Source: Oculina patagonica (Eukaryota). From it: a stretch of 64,000 bases of DNA. Each line of letters begins with the position of its first letter. Position 1 is the first letter of the stretch. This document shows, piece by piece, positions 1 through 12,301 of this stretch. The translations under genes were made by a program, and so were the position numbers. The DNA lies in NCBI RefSeq assembly GCF_052425735.1, contig NC_135764.1:30070001-30134000 (forward strand), read 5' to 3'. Below the pieces are notes generated by a model that had not been told where the DNA came from, made no database searches, and worked only from the letters and a program-made list of their open reading frames with translations.

Positions 1-91
1 ATTGCAATATACTATTGGTAGTTTTAAATAATAACTCAAATAAACTGAACACTTTTAAGATCTTTAAAATAAATATTATTAACAAGTTTTA

Positions 92-214
92 GGCCCGGGC
101 CAAACGTCGAACTTCACCTAATGTAAACGAAAAAAACCTATCTGCCTATTGTTTTTGGTCATTTGCATTAGGTTCGACTCATGTGAAGTTCGACGTTTGG
201 CCCGGCCGCGGGCC
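92..214. mobile_element. PIF/Harbinger-type MITE
   Basis: GGCCC...GGGCC ends; inverted repeat CCGGGCCAAACGTCGAACTTCAC at 95-117 vs 183-205; TTA duplicated at 89-91 and 215-217; paralogous flank near 10230 lacks it. Confidence 0.75.
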
Positions 215-815
215 TTAAGTCGTCTGAAACTTCCTATAAACTTACGAAAATTACATACAAAGTTTACAATATAACTACGAAATGACTGTTAATCAGTCTC
301 CAAAGAACAGTTAAACCTGTTCTGCAACATTCTGATGAGTGCACTGAATCAAATGAAGGTTTGAAATAAATGTTCAGTTTACAAGTTTCAGTTCGACTAT
401 ACAGAAGTACCGTCGCTTCAAAGAAAGATCATATTTTATCTTCCTGTTTTCAATAAAAAGCTGCGAGCTAAAGATTTTTTATCTGTGTGCCGGTATATTA
501 TATGTTAGTCTTATCTTTTTTCGCATTAAATCCGTTCGGTGATGTCTGCATGATAAATAGTGGAAAATAACCGCCTTGTAACAGTGTATAAACGTTCTAG
601 TCAAAACGGAAAAAAATTTTGTTTGCTTTTTTCAAGTTTCGTTTGTGACCATTTGTTGCACAATCGCAATTCGCGATTTGGGTTAGTGATCCGTTCCTAA
701 CATTTAAACATTTAACGTCAGGAATCGCATTTTTCGCCATTTCGAGAAATCATCCGTTTGAACTGCCGATATAACGTTATACTTGAGTAGAGGCTCGATT
801 GGTTGATTGTTTGAC

Positions 816-1811
816 TCATTGAGGCCTGATTACCCTTGAATTGCCGCAAACGCGTCTTAAGAGATTCTTTAGTGCTTGGCGATAATTTCCACTGAAAATA
901 AAACAGATGCAAGGATTTATAGCACAATTTGCATATGCCAAAAACTTGACAACAATCAAGAAGTATTGGAAGCCACAAGACCATATGTCCGGTACAAAAA
1001 GGATCAGAATCCAGTAGATACTGAGGGGCAGCCAGCATACTGCAAAGCCTAACACAATAGCAATGGCCATCTTCAATATTTTTCGCTCCCTTTTCACGCG
1101 TTGCTGTCTCGTGTTGGCCGATTGCTCGCCTGGAATCTTCTCTGACTTCAGCTTTAAGTAGGTGATAATGTAAAGTATGGCTATCAACACTAAAGGGGTA
1201 TAAATGCAAGCAACAAGTATTGCTAACATGTAATCTACAAGAGACGAAGACTCTCCAAAGACTTCAATCCACTGCAGTGAACACACGAGTCCTCCTCGAA
1301 ATTCAACAAGTTTATAGGTGAAGAGATCAGGAGAGTTGATGGCCATCGCAACGATCCAAGTGGCAAGGACGAAGAACGGGCACAGCTTTGAACTGATGAG
1401 TGGGGAACGGAGGGGAAATACCACAGCACCAAATCGATCCACTGCTATCAGAACCAGGCTCTGAATAGACACAGTAACGGAGACATTTGGTAAGAAGAAA
1501 GACAGCTTACATGAGACCTGACCGAGAGGACCACTATTCAGCCAGGAGACGACGTATAACTCAGTTAGTCTCCGCGGGATCAGGAAAATCGGATACAGCA
1601 GATCGGACATGGCCATGTTAACGATTAAAAAGTTGATGGGTTTTCTCATGGTTTTCGTTTTGTAGACGATTACTGCGATGAAGATGTTTCCAGCCAGCGA
1701 AACAACAAAGATCAGGCAGTAAGCGAAGGTCTCACCGATTTTTTCTCCTGTAGGATTGAAGCAGCTCGATAGTTGTGTTGCATTCGTAGTTGTGTTCACG
1801 TTTGCCGACAT
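816..1811 (-). CDS. Class A GPCR, neuropeptide (RFamide/tachykinin)-receptor-like, paralog 1
   Basis: 331-aa uninterrupted ORF with 7 hydrophobic segments; GN, MAMSD, C3.25, DRF, CWLP, NPCIC. Confidence 0.92.
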   Translation of the reverse strand: MSANVNTTTNATQLSSCFNPTGEKIGETFAYCLIFVVSLAGNIFIAVIVYKTKTMRKPINFLIVNMAMSDLLYPIFLIPRRLTELYVVSWLNSGPLGQVSCKLSFFLPNVSVTVSIQSLVLIAVDRFGAVVFPLRSPLISSKLCPFFVLATWIVAMAINSPDLFTYKLVEFRGGLVCSLQWIEVFGESSSLVDYMLAILVACIYTPLVLIAILYIITYLKLKSEKIPGEQSANTRQQRVKRERKILKMAIAIVLGFAVCWLPLSIYWILILFVPDIWSCGFQYFLIVVKFLAYANCAINPCICFIFSGNYRQALKNLLRRVCGNSRVIRPQ

Positions 1812-1890
1812 TCTAGTAATTCAGTTTTTTTTCAGCTATTTCTTTCTCAAATTGTTTTTCTTCTGGTTTTCTAAGGAGGAAGCAACACTC

Positions 1891-1939
1891 TATTTATGTT
1901 CTACCGAAGGCGTAATAATTGCTTTTCGCGCTGACGTCA
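1891..1939 (-). promoter_or_regulatory. Candidate promoter: TATA-like CATAAATA plus full CRE TGACGTCA
   Basis: CATAAATA ~80 bp upstream of the ATG, identical at the same offset in paralog 4 (12091-12098); TGACGTCA at 1932-1939. Confidence 0.4.
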
Positions 1940-2950
1940 ATCATGTAATTATTACGGCAATTTAAAACATGATAACGATTTTTAAAACCGACAGTTTAAT
2001 TTGCCGATGTTAATATAAAAAACGAGTGCGAAAGCAAATGAGCAGCTGCTTGTTTCTGATCTGCTTATCACAAAGGGATTTTTTTGACAATTTTGAAAGG
2101 AGGGTTCCTGTTTTCCAGAGATAGTTTAATCATGTTGCTCACTGTCACAGTGACAGCGCTAAGTCTTGTCCTACTCTCAAAGAACGCCGCGAACGGGAAA
2201 AATCGTTATAAACTAGGGCGCCCTCAATTTTCGCGTGGTTGTTTTGCCTGCTTGTTTCTTCCGCTTTTTACTTGTCAATCTATGAGTAGCGACTGCTCGT
2301 AGTCTAGGGTTTGTATTACTTGATAAAATTCATTTCTGTTATTAAAATGACATTTCCTTAAATATCACGTTATTTTATTTTTAAATTACAATCGTTGATT
2401 AAGTATAATTTTAATTATCTGTTAGATCTTGAAAGATCTAACAGATAAAACTTCTTAGATCCCTCAAGCTTATCGTTTAAAACCTTGTGAGCCATATCCA
2501 AAACGGGTGAATATTTTTCATTTCCAAAAACGTTTAAGTCGCACTAATTTACTTTGTGGAACTGTTGACAGGGTAATCATTGGCAAGGGAAGCAGTGGTG
2601 GTCCTGGCAAAGGCAAAAACGCAATTCATTTTGCTGGATAGCATTTATATAGATTTCTTTTCTAGAGTAGTTTCCCTTAGTTTGCGCTCAACAATATCAC
2701 TTTTGAAGGCGTCTTACTACCAACCACTAACCACAAGCAGTTTTGCAAAAAGGCGAGAAACTTAATTTTGGCAGTTTGTCAATCCAGACAACTCCAAAAC
2801 ACATGTGTGATTTTCAATTTTAAGTCTTATTCTTATTTAAATATAATATCGTTTATTTTAGTTTATTACAATGTAATATTAATTTCTCTTAGGTAGGTAG
2901 TTAGTCACACGTACACACGACCCCTCAAGCATGTATTTGCTTTAAAACAG

Positions 2951-3079
2951 NNNNNNNNNNNNNNNNNNNNNNNNNNNNNNNNNNNNNNNNNNNNNNNNNN
3001 NNNNNNNNNNNNNNNNNNNNNNNNNNNNNNNNNNNNNNNNNNNNNNNNNNNNNNNNNNNNNNNNNNNNNNNNNNNNNNN
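2951..3079. other. Assembly gap
   Basis: Run of N. Confidence 0.99.
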
Positions 3080-3303
3080 GTGTCCAAGAGGAAAACATCC
3101 GGGAACTGCACGTGATAATTAACATCCGTGCAAGTGATTGACAGAAGCTTCCTGCTCAGGCTTCCCACTCAGTCAACAAATAAGTAAGATATTCTACTTT
3201 TTTTCTGGGGGAAATTAGACTTAACAAGCACAACCCCACCGCCTCTTATGTAAAGGAAATCATAATGAAAGCTTTTTGACGGATAGACAAAGTCTTTTTC
3301 TCC

Positions 3304-3492
3304 ATTCGCTGTTTTCACCGTTCCCATAATACATCTTGTTAACCCCCCAAAATTTTTGCATAAGCATTGTTTTCAATTTCTCTTGGGATTTACGATGACG
3401 TACAATCGTCCCAAGAGAAATTGAAAACAATGCTTATGCAAAAATTTTGGGGAGTAAACAAGATGTATTATGGGATCGTGAAAAAAGCGAAT
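3304..3492. mobile_element. Palindromic hairpin MITE
   Basis: ~85-bp inverted arms containing GCATAAGCATTGTTTTCAATTTCTCTTGGGA; related copy at 59674-59834. Confidence 0.75.
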
Positions 3493-4219
3493 TAAAGATG
3501 CTGTCAAATAAAGGGGTAGCTTCAAACGTTATTTATTCCAATGGGGGTTTAAGCTGCACTTTAAGCTTCAAGACTTAATCGAATTAAATACTACTGCGAT
3601 GCGTTTTATTAGCGATTTATAATAAACTCCTCCAAAGAGTTATTCCTCGTCTGGTCTCAAGTTATCGCCGTGTACACGCTGGTCTAATTGTGTTTGTATT
3701 AAAAGCGGAATTACCTTCTTGTGCTCCTTTAGGAAGAGTTTTATTTAATTACAAAATACACATTGGTCTTGCATTGGTTGTCAAAGTGGTTGCCAAAGTG
3801 TCTAAACTAAGACATGTATTTGCCAGAAGCCGAAGAAGGAAAAATTAAAGAGCGTCTGTTTATATTTTGACTCCTACAAAATGACATGAAGCGTAGGATT
3901 GTTAAATAATAAAGCTGCTTGTTTCCTCCTTATTTTAAACCTGAAAAAACTTTCACAAATTTTAAATTAATATTTACATAGCTATTTGCTGCGATAGAAA
4001 ACCTGAACCTTTGTGAATTATAGAAAAAAAAAAAAGTTTTATTCACAGTAAGTTACTTTGAGGGTTTTTTTTTAAGCAATCGTACAACAGTCGATCGCCA
4101 GAATCAAGTGAAAGCAGGTTTGAAATAAATGTTATTTACAAGTTTCAGGTCGACTATACAATCGCTTCAGAGAAATATCTCACTTGATCTTTCTCAGGTT
4201 TTCAATGGAAAGCTGTTAA

Positions 4220-4482
4220 AGGGACGTGGTCAGCGTTTACGTTTTGAAAAAAATCCACCTTAACCCGAAATCAAAATACGCGTAGAGAACCTTCAGAACT
4301 ATGATCTGCTTCAATCTTCTCAGTGTTTTTTTTTTCTTCTAAATTTTTCCATTTAGTGAAAAACTGAGAAGATTGAAGCAGATTTCTGATGGCTCGTTTT
4401 GAAAAAAGTCCACAGTGGTCTTTTTTCAAAACGTGAAAACTAGTGTTCAGGTCAGCGCGGTAAGAACGCTGACCATGTCCCT
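4220..4482. mobile_element. Kolobok-like MITE
   Basis: TIR AGGGACGTGGTCAGCGT / ACGCTGACCATGTCCCT; TTAA on both sides; internal 21-bp inverted repeat; paralogous site near 460 is empty. Confidence 0.75.
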
Positions 4483-5202
4483 TTAACTAAAGATTTTCTC
4501 TTTATCTTTGTACCGGTCTATATGTTACTCTAATCCTTTTTTTTAAATCCATTTTTCCGCTTTAAAGACACAACTGAGACAACCTTTCTTAACTGCTACA
4601 AAAAAAAGGAACCGAACTCTCCTCCCATCACCCCGGCGTCATGTTGTTGTTGTTGTTGAAATTGTTTTGGCAATTTCAGAATGAGAGGAGCTGCTCATGC
4701 GCCTTAGAGGTATCTGCTGACTACCGCACCTATGTGAGTACATCGCTCAGATTGATGTATGGGCAAGTTCCTCCCCAACCCCCCCCCCCCCCCCCCCTAA
4801 AGAAAATTTATTGTGCTTTGGTTAAAACAGATATTTTCAGGGTGCATTCTTTTAGGCTATTTTATACCAGATATCGCGAACAAAATGATTATATTAAATA
4901 ACATAGGCCGATACATAGAGGAATAAGGCGTTTTGAAAGAGATATTTAGTTAATTAACATCTCTTTGAATTAAAAACAGAAAGATCAAATACAATTTTTT
5001 AACGTAATGATACTTCTGTACAGATTTACGAACTGAAACTTGTAAACTTCATAACTGGTTTGTAGTTGATTAATGTTTTTCTTTACCCTGCGTGTGAAGA
5101 AATCATTCGCTTAACCTACCAGATGCGGTACTAGTCTTACTAGTGAAAACTAGACTTGAATTTATTCTTCTACGAACCACCTTAAAAACACTCCTGGAGT
5201 AC

Positions 5203-6168
5203 TTAAAAGCATCTCAGTAGATTCTTAAGCCCTTTACGATAATTTCCACTAAAAATAAAGCAGATGCAAGGGTTTATAGCCCAGTTTGCCTGCGCCATAA
5301 GAACGGCAACGAACCCGAAGTGAATGAGGCTACAAGACAATATGTCCGGTACAAAGAAGAACAGAATTAAGTAGATAGTGAAGGGAAGCCAGCATACTGC
5401 AAAGCCTAACACAATAGCAATCGCCATCTTCAGCACATTTCGTTCTCTTTTCTTGCGTTGCTCTCCAGCGTTGTCCGATTGCTCGCCTGGAATCCTCTGT
5501 GACTTCAGCTTTACATAGACTACAGTGTAAAGCACGGCTATCAACAATAAAGGGGTGTAAAACAATACAACAAGTATTGCTAACACGTAATTTTCAAAAG
5601 ATGAGGACTCTCCATGGACTTCATTTCACTGCGCTACACATATCAGCCCTCCCTGATATTCAACAATTTTGTAGGCGAAGAGATAAGGGGAGAAGATAGC
5701 CATCGCGACGAACCAAGTGGCGAGAACGAAGAACGGGCACAGCTTTAAACTGATGAATGAGGAACGGAGGGGAAATACCACAGCACCAAATCGATCCACT
5801 GCTATCAGAACCAGGCTCTGAACAGATACAGCGGTGGAGATATCTTGTAAGAAGGGAACCAGCTTACATAAGGCCTGGCCAAAAAGACCACTGATCAGCC
5901 AGGAGTTGACGTACATCTCTGTGAATTCTTTGGGGAACAGGAAAATCGACGACAGCAGATCGAACATCGCCATGTTTACAATTAAAAAATTGATGGGTTT
6001 TCTCATGGTTTTTGTCTTGTAGACAATTATTCCGATGAATGTGTTTCCAGCCAGCGAGACAACAAAGATCAGGCAGTAAGCGAAGGTTGTTCCGATTCTT
6101 TTTGCTGTAGGATTAAAGCAGCTCAATGACTGTGTTCCATTCGTCGCTGTGTTCACATTTGCCGACAT
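5203..6168 (-). pseudogene. Class A GPCR paralog 2 with single in-frame TGA
   Basis: 322 codons colinear with paralogs; ...GCG CAG TGA AAT GAA... at 5626-5628 where paralogs 1 and 4 have Trp; frame continues to the normal C-terminus. Confidence 0.88.
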
Positions 6169-7320
6169 TTGCGTAGCTCAGGTTCTTATTCAGCTATTTA
6201 TCTCACAAAAGATGTTTCATCTCGTTGCCTAACTTAACTTGCAAGCCCCCATAATTCATTTATGTTCTGTTGAAGACTGCGTAATCATGCATTTAGCTGG
6301 AGGTCATCCGTCCGAAAGCAGTTCAATATTCAAAGGCTAACTGACAGCGATCATTAAATATAGCATGTCATGATGTAGGAAATTTCCGCGCATTGAGAGC
6401 ACAATATCATGTGATGGCTTTTTGCCGGAACTTCCTGTGTTCTTTATTCTTCTCTATGCGTATTGTACGCGGAGAAAAATATGGCCAAGGAAAACTAATT
6501 GCTGTTCATTTCGTGTCACAATACCGACAGCTGTAATCAAGGTGTGCTATGATTATTCTTTTCAGAGCTTGCTTTTTTTTTGGTCCGGAGTGTAACTTCA
6601 TTTTGTAATAAGTAGCCACGGGATAATTATGCCGGGTTATACTGAAAAAATAAATTTCTCTACGATGCCTTATAATTTTCGCGATTTTATATTTTCTTGT
6701 TGCTGAAAATCCACACAGTTTTTATTGGTCAGAGCTCTCGACGGTTCCATTTATTAATTGTCATATGTTCATATGTCGTTAATTGTTCTTTGCAGAAGTG
6801 TTTGAAATTGCTCGCTTATAAGTTCAGGTGTATTGTTATGCAAATATTTAAGTTTTCGCTATTTGCGAAAAAATGGTCCGACTTCCTTTCTTTCATGTAT
6901 ATTTTTTTGTTGTTGTTTCATGCCATTTCCGGAATTCTTTCCTTATCGTAAAGCTGAAAGAATTATTGTAGGGATTGTTTTAATTTATATTCTTTGTTGC
7001 AGCTTACGCTAGAATTTCCTTTAACTGAACGATTTAGCCTACAGTTGAGAAGTTGCCAAGTCTTCGTTTTTTCCGCAAATGGAAACAACTGAAACTTTCT
7101 GAAAAGAACAAAATTATTTGTAGAATTTACAAGATTCCAAACTGGCGAATTGTAAAGACAGCCTTAGAGACCTCTAAAGAACCGTTCCGAAAAGTTTCTA
7201 ATTTAAGTGTAAATTAATCAAACAAACTGAAGAACTTTGAAATAAATATTAATAACAAGTTAAAGAGCAACTGCATCTTATTATGAACTTAGGTAAATTA
7301 CATATAAAGTTTACCATATA

Positions 7321-7759
7321 CCGTATTTTCTCAAATAAACGCCCCCGGCGTTTATTTAAAACTTGACTTCGTGAACCCGGCGTTTATTTGAAGCTGGCGT
7401 TTAATCGGGGCCCGGCGTTTATTAACGGACAGCAATTTTCTGCCAATTTTTAAGATTGATTTATTGTTGCCGATCTTCGAGACCAAGGGGCATTTTGTCA
7501 AGGCGGGACAATTTTTCTCTTCGTTCTGCCCCGAAAAAGTGTCCCTGGGTATCCAAAGGTGATTATTTCCCAAAGGTGCACTATTACGGATTGGATAGTT
7601 TATGTTGCAATCGAGATTTGTGACAAACAGAATATATTTACTTGTTTTCTTGACCTCAAATAAACGCCGGTACCTCCTTTAAAAACTAGCAAGTTTGACC
7701 CGGCGTTTATACGAGGCCGGCGTTTAATCGGGGTCCGGCGTTTAATCGAGAAAATACGG
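7321..7759. mobile_element. Tc1/mariner (pogo-like) non-autonomous element
   Basis: TIR CCGTATTTTCTC / GAGAAAATACGG; TA TSD; internal CCGGCGTTTA repeats; empty site in paralogous flank near 270. Confidence 0.8.
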
Positions 7760-8456
7760 TAACTATGATATGACTGTTAAGCCATGCAGTGTCCAAACGA
7801 ACTGTTAAACCGTTCTACAAGTGTTTCTGATGTGTACATTATATCAAATGAAAGTAGGTTTGATATAAATATTATTTACAAGTTTCAGGACAGCTAAAAC
7901 TTCCCATGAACTTACGAAAATTACATATAAAGTTTTCAATATAGCTACATTCGGGGGTGGAAGAGGAATTATGAATAAAGAATAACGGGCTAAGACAGTA
8001 AATGGATAAGGAACATTTAAGGTTTTAATGCTTGAAATAATGAATAAGACATTTCCATTAAGGAATTATGATTAACACGGATCTGACGAGAGCGGTTATT
8101 CACCGTCCTCAAACATAATAATTTTATCTTATCCGGCCTATCCTGATATTTGCATTATTTTAATTTCGATTCTATTTTTTCGAATTTTATTTGTTCGGTG
8201 CTGTTTGGTAAATATTGGAAAAGAAGCACATTTATATATACCTTTATAAACAATGCCTTCCTTGTATTGTTCAAGTTTGATTTGCAGCTATTTAGTTTAC
8301 AATCGCAATTCGAGTTTTGACTTAAATTTCCGTTTCTAGCATTTTAAAGAAATCATTCGTTTAACCTATCAATATAACTGGTAAAGACACGAGTTTAGTT
8401 GATTGTTTCTGCGATCCACTTTAAATTTGACTTGGTGTGGCCCTGCTGAGGAGTGC

Positions 8457-9428
8457 TCAAAAGCATTTAAGAAGATTCTTTAGCGCTTGACGATAATTTT
8501 TACTGAAAATAAAACAGATACAAGGGTTTATGGTGCAATTTGCGTAAGACATAAAACGGGCAACCAACCCGAAGTAATGGAAGCCACAATCTGACCCTAT
8601 GTCCGATACAAAGAGGGTCAGAATCCACCAGATAGAGTAAGGCACAAAGCATACTGCAAAGCCTAACACAATAGCAATGGCCATCTTCAGCACATTTCGT
8701 TCCCTTTTCTTGCGTTGCTCTCCAGCGTTGATCGATTGCTCGCCTGGAATCCTGTGTGACTTAAGCTTAACATAGACTACGGTGTAAAGCACGGCTATCA
8801 AAATTAAAGGGGTGGAAAACAATACAACAAGTATTGTTAAAAAATATTCGACATAAGAAGACGCTTGAAAGACTTCATGATCATTCCCTTGCGGAGCACA
8901 CATCACTCCTTCTGGATACTCCGCAAGTTTGAAGACGAACAGATATGGTGACGAGGCAGCCATCGCGACGATCCAAGTGGCGAGAATGAAGAAGGGGCAC
9001 AGCTTTGAACTGATGAATGGGGAACGGAGGGGAAATACCACAGCACCAAATCGATCCAATGCTATCAGAACCAGGCTCTGAATAGATACAGCAAGGGAGA
9101 AAGTAACTGAGAAGGGAACCAGCTTACATAAGGTCTGGCCAAGAGGACCACTGATCATCCAGGAGTCCCCGTACAACTCTGTGAATTTTTTGGGGAACAG
9201 GAAAATCGGCCACAGCAGATCGGACATGGCCATGTTTACAATTAAAAAGTTAATGGGTTTTCTCATGGTTTTCGTCTTGTAGACAATTATTCCAATGAAG
9301 ATGTTTCCAGCCAGCGAAACAACAAAGATCAGGCAGTAAGCGACGGTTGTTCCGATTTTTTCTGCTGTAGGATTGTAGCAGTTCAATAGCTGTGTTCCGT
9401 TCGTTGTCGTGTTCACGTTTCCCAACAT
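8457..9428 (-). CDS. Class A GPCR, neuropeptide-receptor-like, paralog 3
   Basis: 323-aa intact ORF, 7TM, DRF, CFVP, NPCIC. Confidence 0.92.
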   Translation of the reverse strand: MLGNVNTTTNGTQLLNCYNPTAEKIGTTVAYCLIFVVSLAGNIFIGIIVYKTKTMRKPINFLIVNMAMSDLLWPIFLFPKKFTELYGDSWMISGPLGQTLCKLVPFSVTFSLAVSIQSLVLIALDRFGAVVFPLRSPFISSKLCPFFILATWIVAMAASSPYLFVFKLAEYPEGVMCAPQGNDHEVFQASSYVEYFLTILVVLFSTPLILIAVLYTVVYVKLKSHRIPGEQSINAGEQRKKRERNVLKMAIAIVLGFAVCFVPYSIWWILTLFVSDIGSDCGFHYFGLVARFMSYANCTINPCICFIFSKNYRQALKNLLKCF

Positions 9429-10384
9429 TCTCGTAGCTCAGGTTGTCATCAATCAGCTATTTCTCTCTCAAATGGTGTAACTTTCATCTAGTTGCCCAAC
9501 TTTAACGTTTGAGGTTATTCATTCGCAAACAATTCGTTTTTCAAAGGCTAACTGACAGCATTTATTAGAAACAGCTTTATTTTCCGATGTCGACTGAAAA
9601 TAGACAGCTGCTGCCATATGATAATGTAGTGATGTAGGACATTTTAATTCCGCGCATTCAGAAAGAATAATATGATCACGGAATAATTCATGTTTTCCGA
9701 AAACTTAAATCTTTTGCTTCTTTAGGCGTTTGTAGTCGAAAATTGCCTTTTGGACTAGAGAACCATTTCACCATCCAGTTTTTTTGTTAATTACAGTTTA
9801 TTAAAATTGATGTTATTACTGTTCATGTTGACCAGGTTTTGTTTGAAATTGACTCTCCGTTCGATTGCGTTGTAATGTAAATAATAACTGAGTTCTTTGT
9901 GAAATGGTCGATTCTCTAATTATAACTTTTAATGGTCAGTTCTATAAGACGGAAAAAATTCCTTTGAGATAAATGATTTCTGCTTAAATTGTAAGAATTC
10001 CCTAAACCCGAGTCCTTTTATTTAATGTCACTATTTTTTTGTTTCAAATTGAAGCAAATACAATGCTGTTTTGAAAGAATATTAATTAAAAGTTACAGGT
10101 CGAAAGACACTTCCTGAATACAAAATAAATTATGTAGAGAAGAGAAGAAGAGAAGAACTTTAAATTGCAAATTTTAAAGCCAGTGTCCATTAACGCAAAT
10201 AAACAGAAGTACTTTAAAATAAATATAATTTAGAGTTAAAGGTCGACTGAAATTTCCTTTGCACTTACGAAAATTACACAAAACGTTTACAAAATACTTT
10301 CGAATTGACTGCAAAGTTTTCTGAAGTGTACGTCGAATAGAATGAAACCAGGTTTGAAATAAATGTTATTTACAAGTTTGAGTT

Positions 10385-10718
10385 GTCTTTTTTAAGACTG
10401 TTCTAAAATGGCAATATGTGTTAAATCCTAGAACACCACAAAAAAGATATCAACCGAATTCTCGAAAAAAAGAAAACTCAGGATCGTTTCTATCATATTT
10501 TGGAAACAATAATGCGAGAACTCGGCGAGAATTTGAATGAATTCCGCCGGAATTTTTCAAGTTGTAATTCATTTCGATCCTTTAATTTCCACCCATGGCT
10601 AGAGACACTTGTCGACAGTTTTAGTATACTAGGTGGTAATTTATAACGAACCTGAACCAATAACACTGAAATGTTTCTTAGCTTTTGAAGTTTCACAAAA
10701 TCCCGTGATACTTCCCCT
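10385..10718. mobile_element. One-ended Kolobok-like fragment
   Basis: Ends ...CCCGTGATACTTCCCCT followed by TTAA; interrupts the conserved downstream block of paralog 4; left boundary approximate. Confidence 0.5.
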
Positions 10719-11047
10719 TTAACTAAAGATTTTCTTTTTATGTACCGCTCTATATATTACTCTAACCCTTTTTTCGCATTTAATCCGTGCGGCGGTGTTT
10801 GAATTGGTAAATAGTGGAAACTGAAGAAGCTCCTTGCAATATAACTGATATCATTGTACGTTTCAGTCGAAACAGGGAATGTCTTCCTCAAGTATTATTT
10901 GTAACTATTTAGTGCACAATCGCAATTTTGCGTTTTGGGTTAGATTATGAGTTTCTAGCATTTTAAAGACTGAATCATCCGTTTAACCTTCCAATAATAT
11001 CATGCAGTGGAGACTCGATTTTTGAGGCCTGATTATCCACGGGGTGC

Positions 11048-12010
11048 TCAATAGCATCTAAGGAGATTCTTCAGTGCTTGACGATAATTTCCACTGAAAA
11101 TAAAGCAGATGCAAGGATTTATAGCACAATTTGCGCGAGACATAAAATAGGCTACAAACCAGAAGTATTGGAGGCCACAAGACCGTATGTCCGATACAAA
11201 GATGGAAAAAAGAAACCCGAGAGTGAAGGGCACCCAACATACTGCAAAGCCTAGCACAATAGCAATGGCCATCTTCAGCACATCTCGTTCCCTTTTCACG
11301 CGTTGCTGCCCAGCGTTGACGGACTGTTCGCCTGGAAACGTCTGTGATTTTAGCTTTACATAGAGGAAAATGTAAAGTATGGCTATCAACGATAAGGGGG
11401 TATAAACGAATACAACAATTGTTGCTAACATGTAATCTAAATACACTCCAAAGACTTCATTCGGCCACTGCACTTCACACATCAGCCCTCCTTGATATTC
11501 AACAAGTTTGTAGGCGAAGAGATAAGGAGACCAGGTAGCCATGGCGACGATCCAAGTGGCGAGAACGAAGAAGGGGCACAGCTTTGAACTGATAAGTGGG
11601 GAACGGAGGGGAAATACCACAGCACCAAATCGATCCAATGCTATGAGAACCAGGCTCTGAATAGAAACATCAAGGGAGACATCATGTAAGAAGGGAGCAA
11701 GCTTACATAAGGCCTGGCCAAGAGGACCACTGATCAGCCAGGAGTCGACGTACAACTCTACTAGTCTCTGGGGGAGCAGGATTATTGGAAACAGCAGATC
11801 GGACATGGCCATGTTAACGATTAAAAAGTTAATGGATTTTCTCATGGATTTCGTCTTGTAGACAATTATTCCAATGAAGATGTTTCCAGCCAACGAAACA
11901 ACAAAGATCAGGCAGTAAGCGAAGGTTTGTCCGATCTTTTTTGCTGTAGGATTATTGTAACAGCTCCATAGTTGCGTCTCATTTATCGTCGTGTTCACGT
12001 TTGCCGACAT
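11048..12010 (-). CDS. Class A GPCR, neuropeptide-receptor-like, paralog 4
   Basis: ATG at 12010 (MSANVNTT, matching the paralogs); 320 aa, 7TM, DRF, CWVP, NPCIC. Confidence 0.92.
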   Translation of the reverse strand: MSANVNTTINETQLWSCYNNPTAKKIGQTFAYCLIFVVSLAGNIFIGIIVYKTKSMRKSINFLIVNMAMSDLLFPIILLPQRLVELYVDSWLISGPLGQALCKLAPFLHDVSLDVSIQSLVLIALDRFGAVVFPLRSPLISSKLCPFFVLATWIVAMATWSPYLFAYKLVEYQGGLMCEVQWPNEVFGVYLDYMLATIVVFVYTPLSLIAILYIFLYVKLKSQTFPGEQSVNAGQQRVKRERDVLKMAIAIVLGFAVCWVPFTLGFLFSIFVSDIRSCGLQYFWFVAYFMSRANCAINPCICFIFSGNYRQALKNLLRCY

Positions 12011-12301
12011 TTTCGTAGTTAAGTCCTTATTCAGCACTTTTCTTCATAAACTGTTTTTTCTCCTGGTTTGGTTACGAGAAAGGAACACTCTATTTATGTT
12101 GTACTGTAATTTTCTCGTTGAGGTCTAGTTTGGCCTTATTCTCCTGTGATATGCAAATTTTGCAAATAACGTTTTGGGTATTGTTAGATCTTCATATAAA
12201 CATCCTGCAGTACGCTATGTTTTAGCGGCGTCAAACAATGACGAAGGGAAGCTATTTGCGGTTCCTTCCGTGGCACAATACTGACAGCTGTGATCATATT
12301 G

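Noticed and set aside
325-375. Hammerhead-like CTGATGAG...GAAA
   Set aside because: No stem II or III, and the core is not conserved in paralogous flanks (~7828, ~10321)
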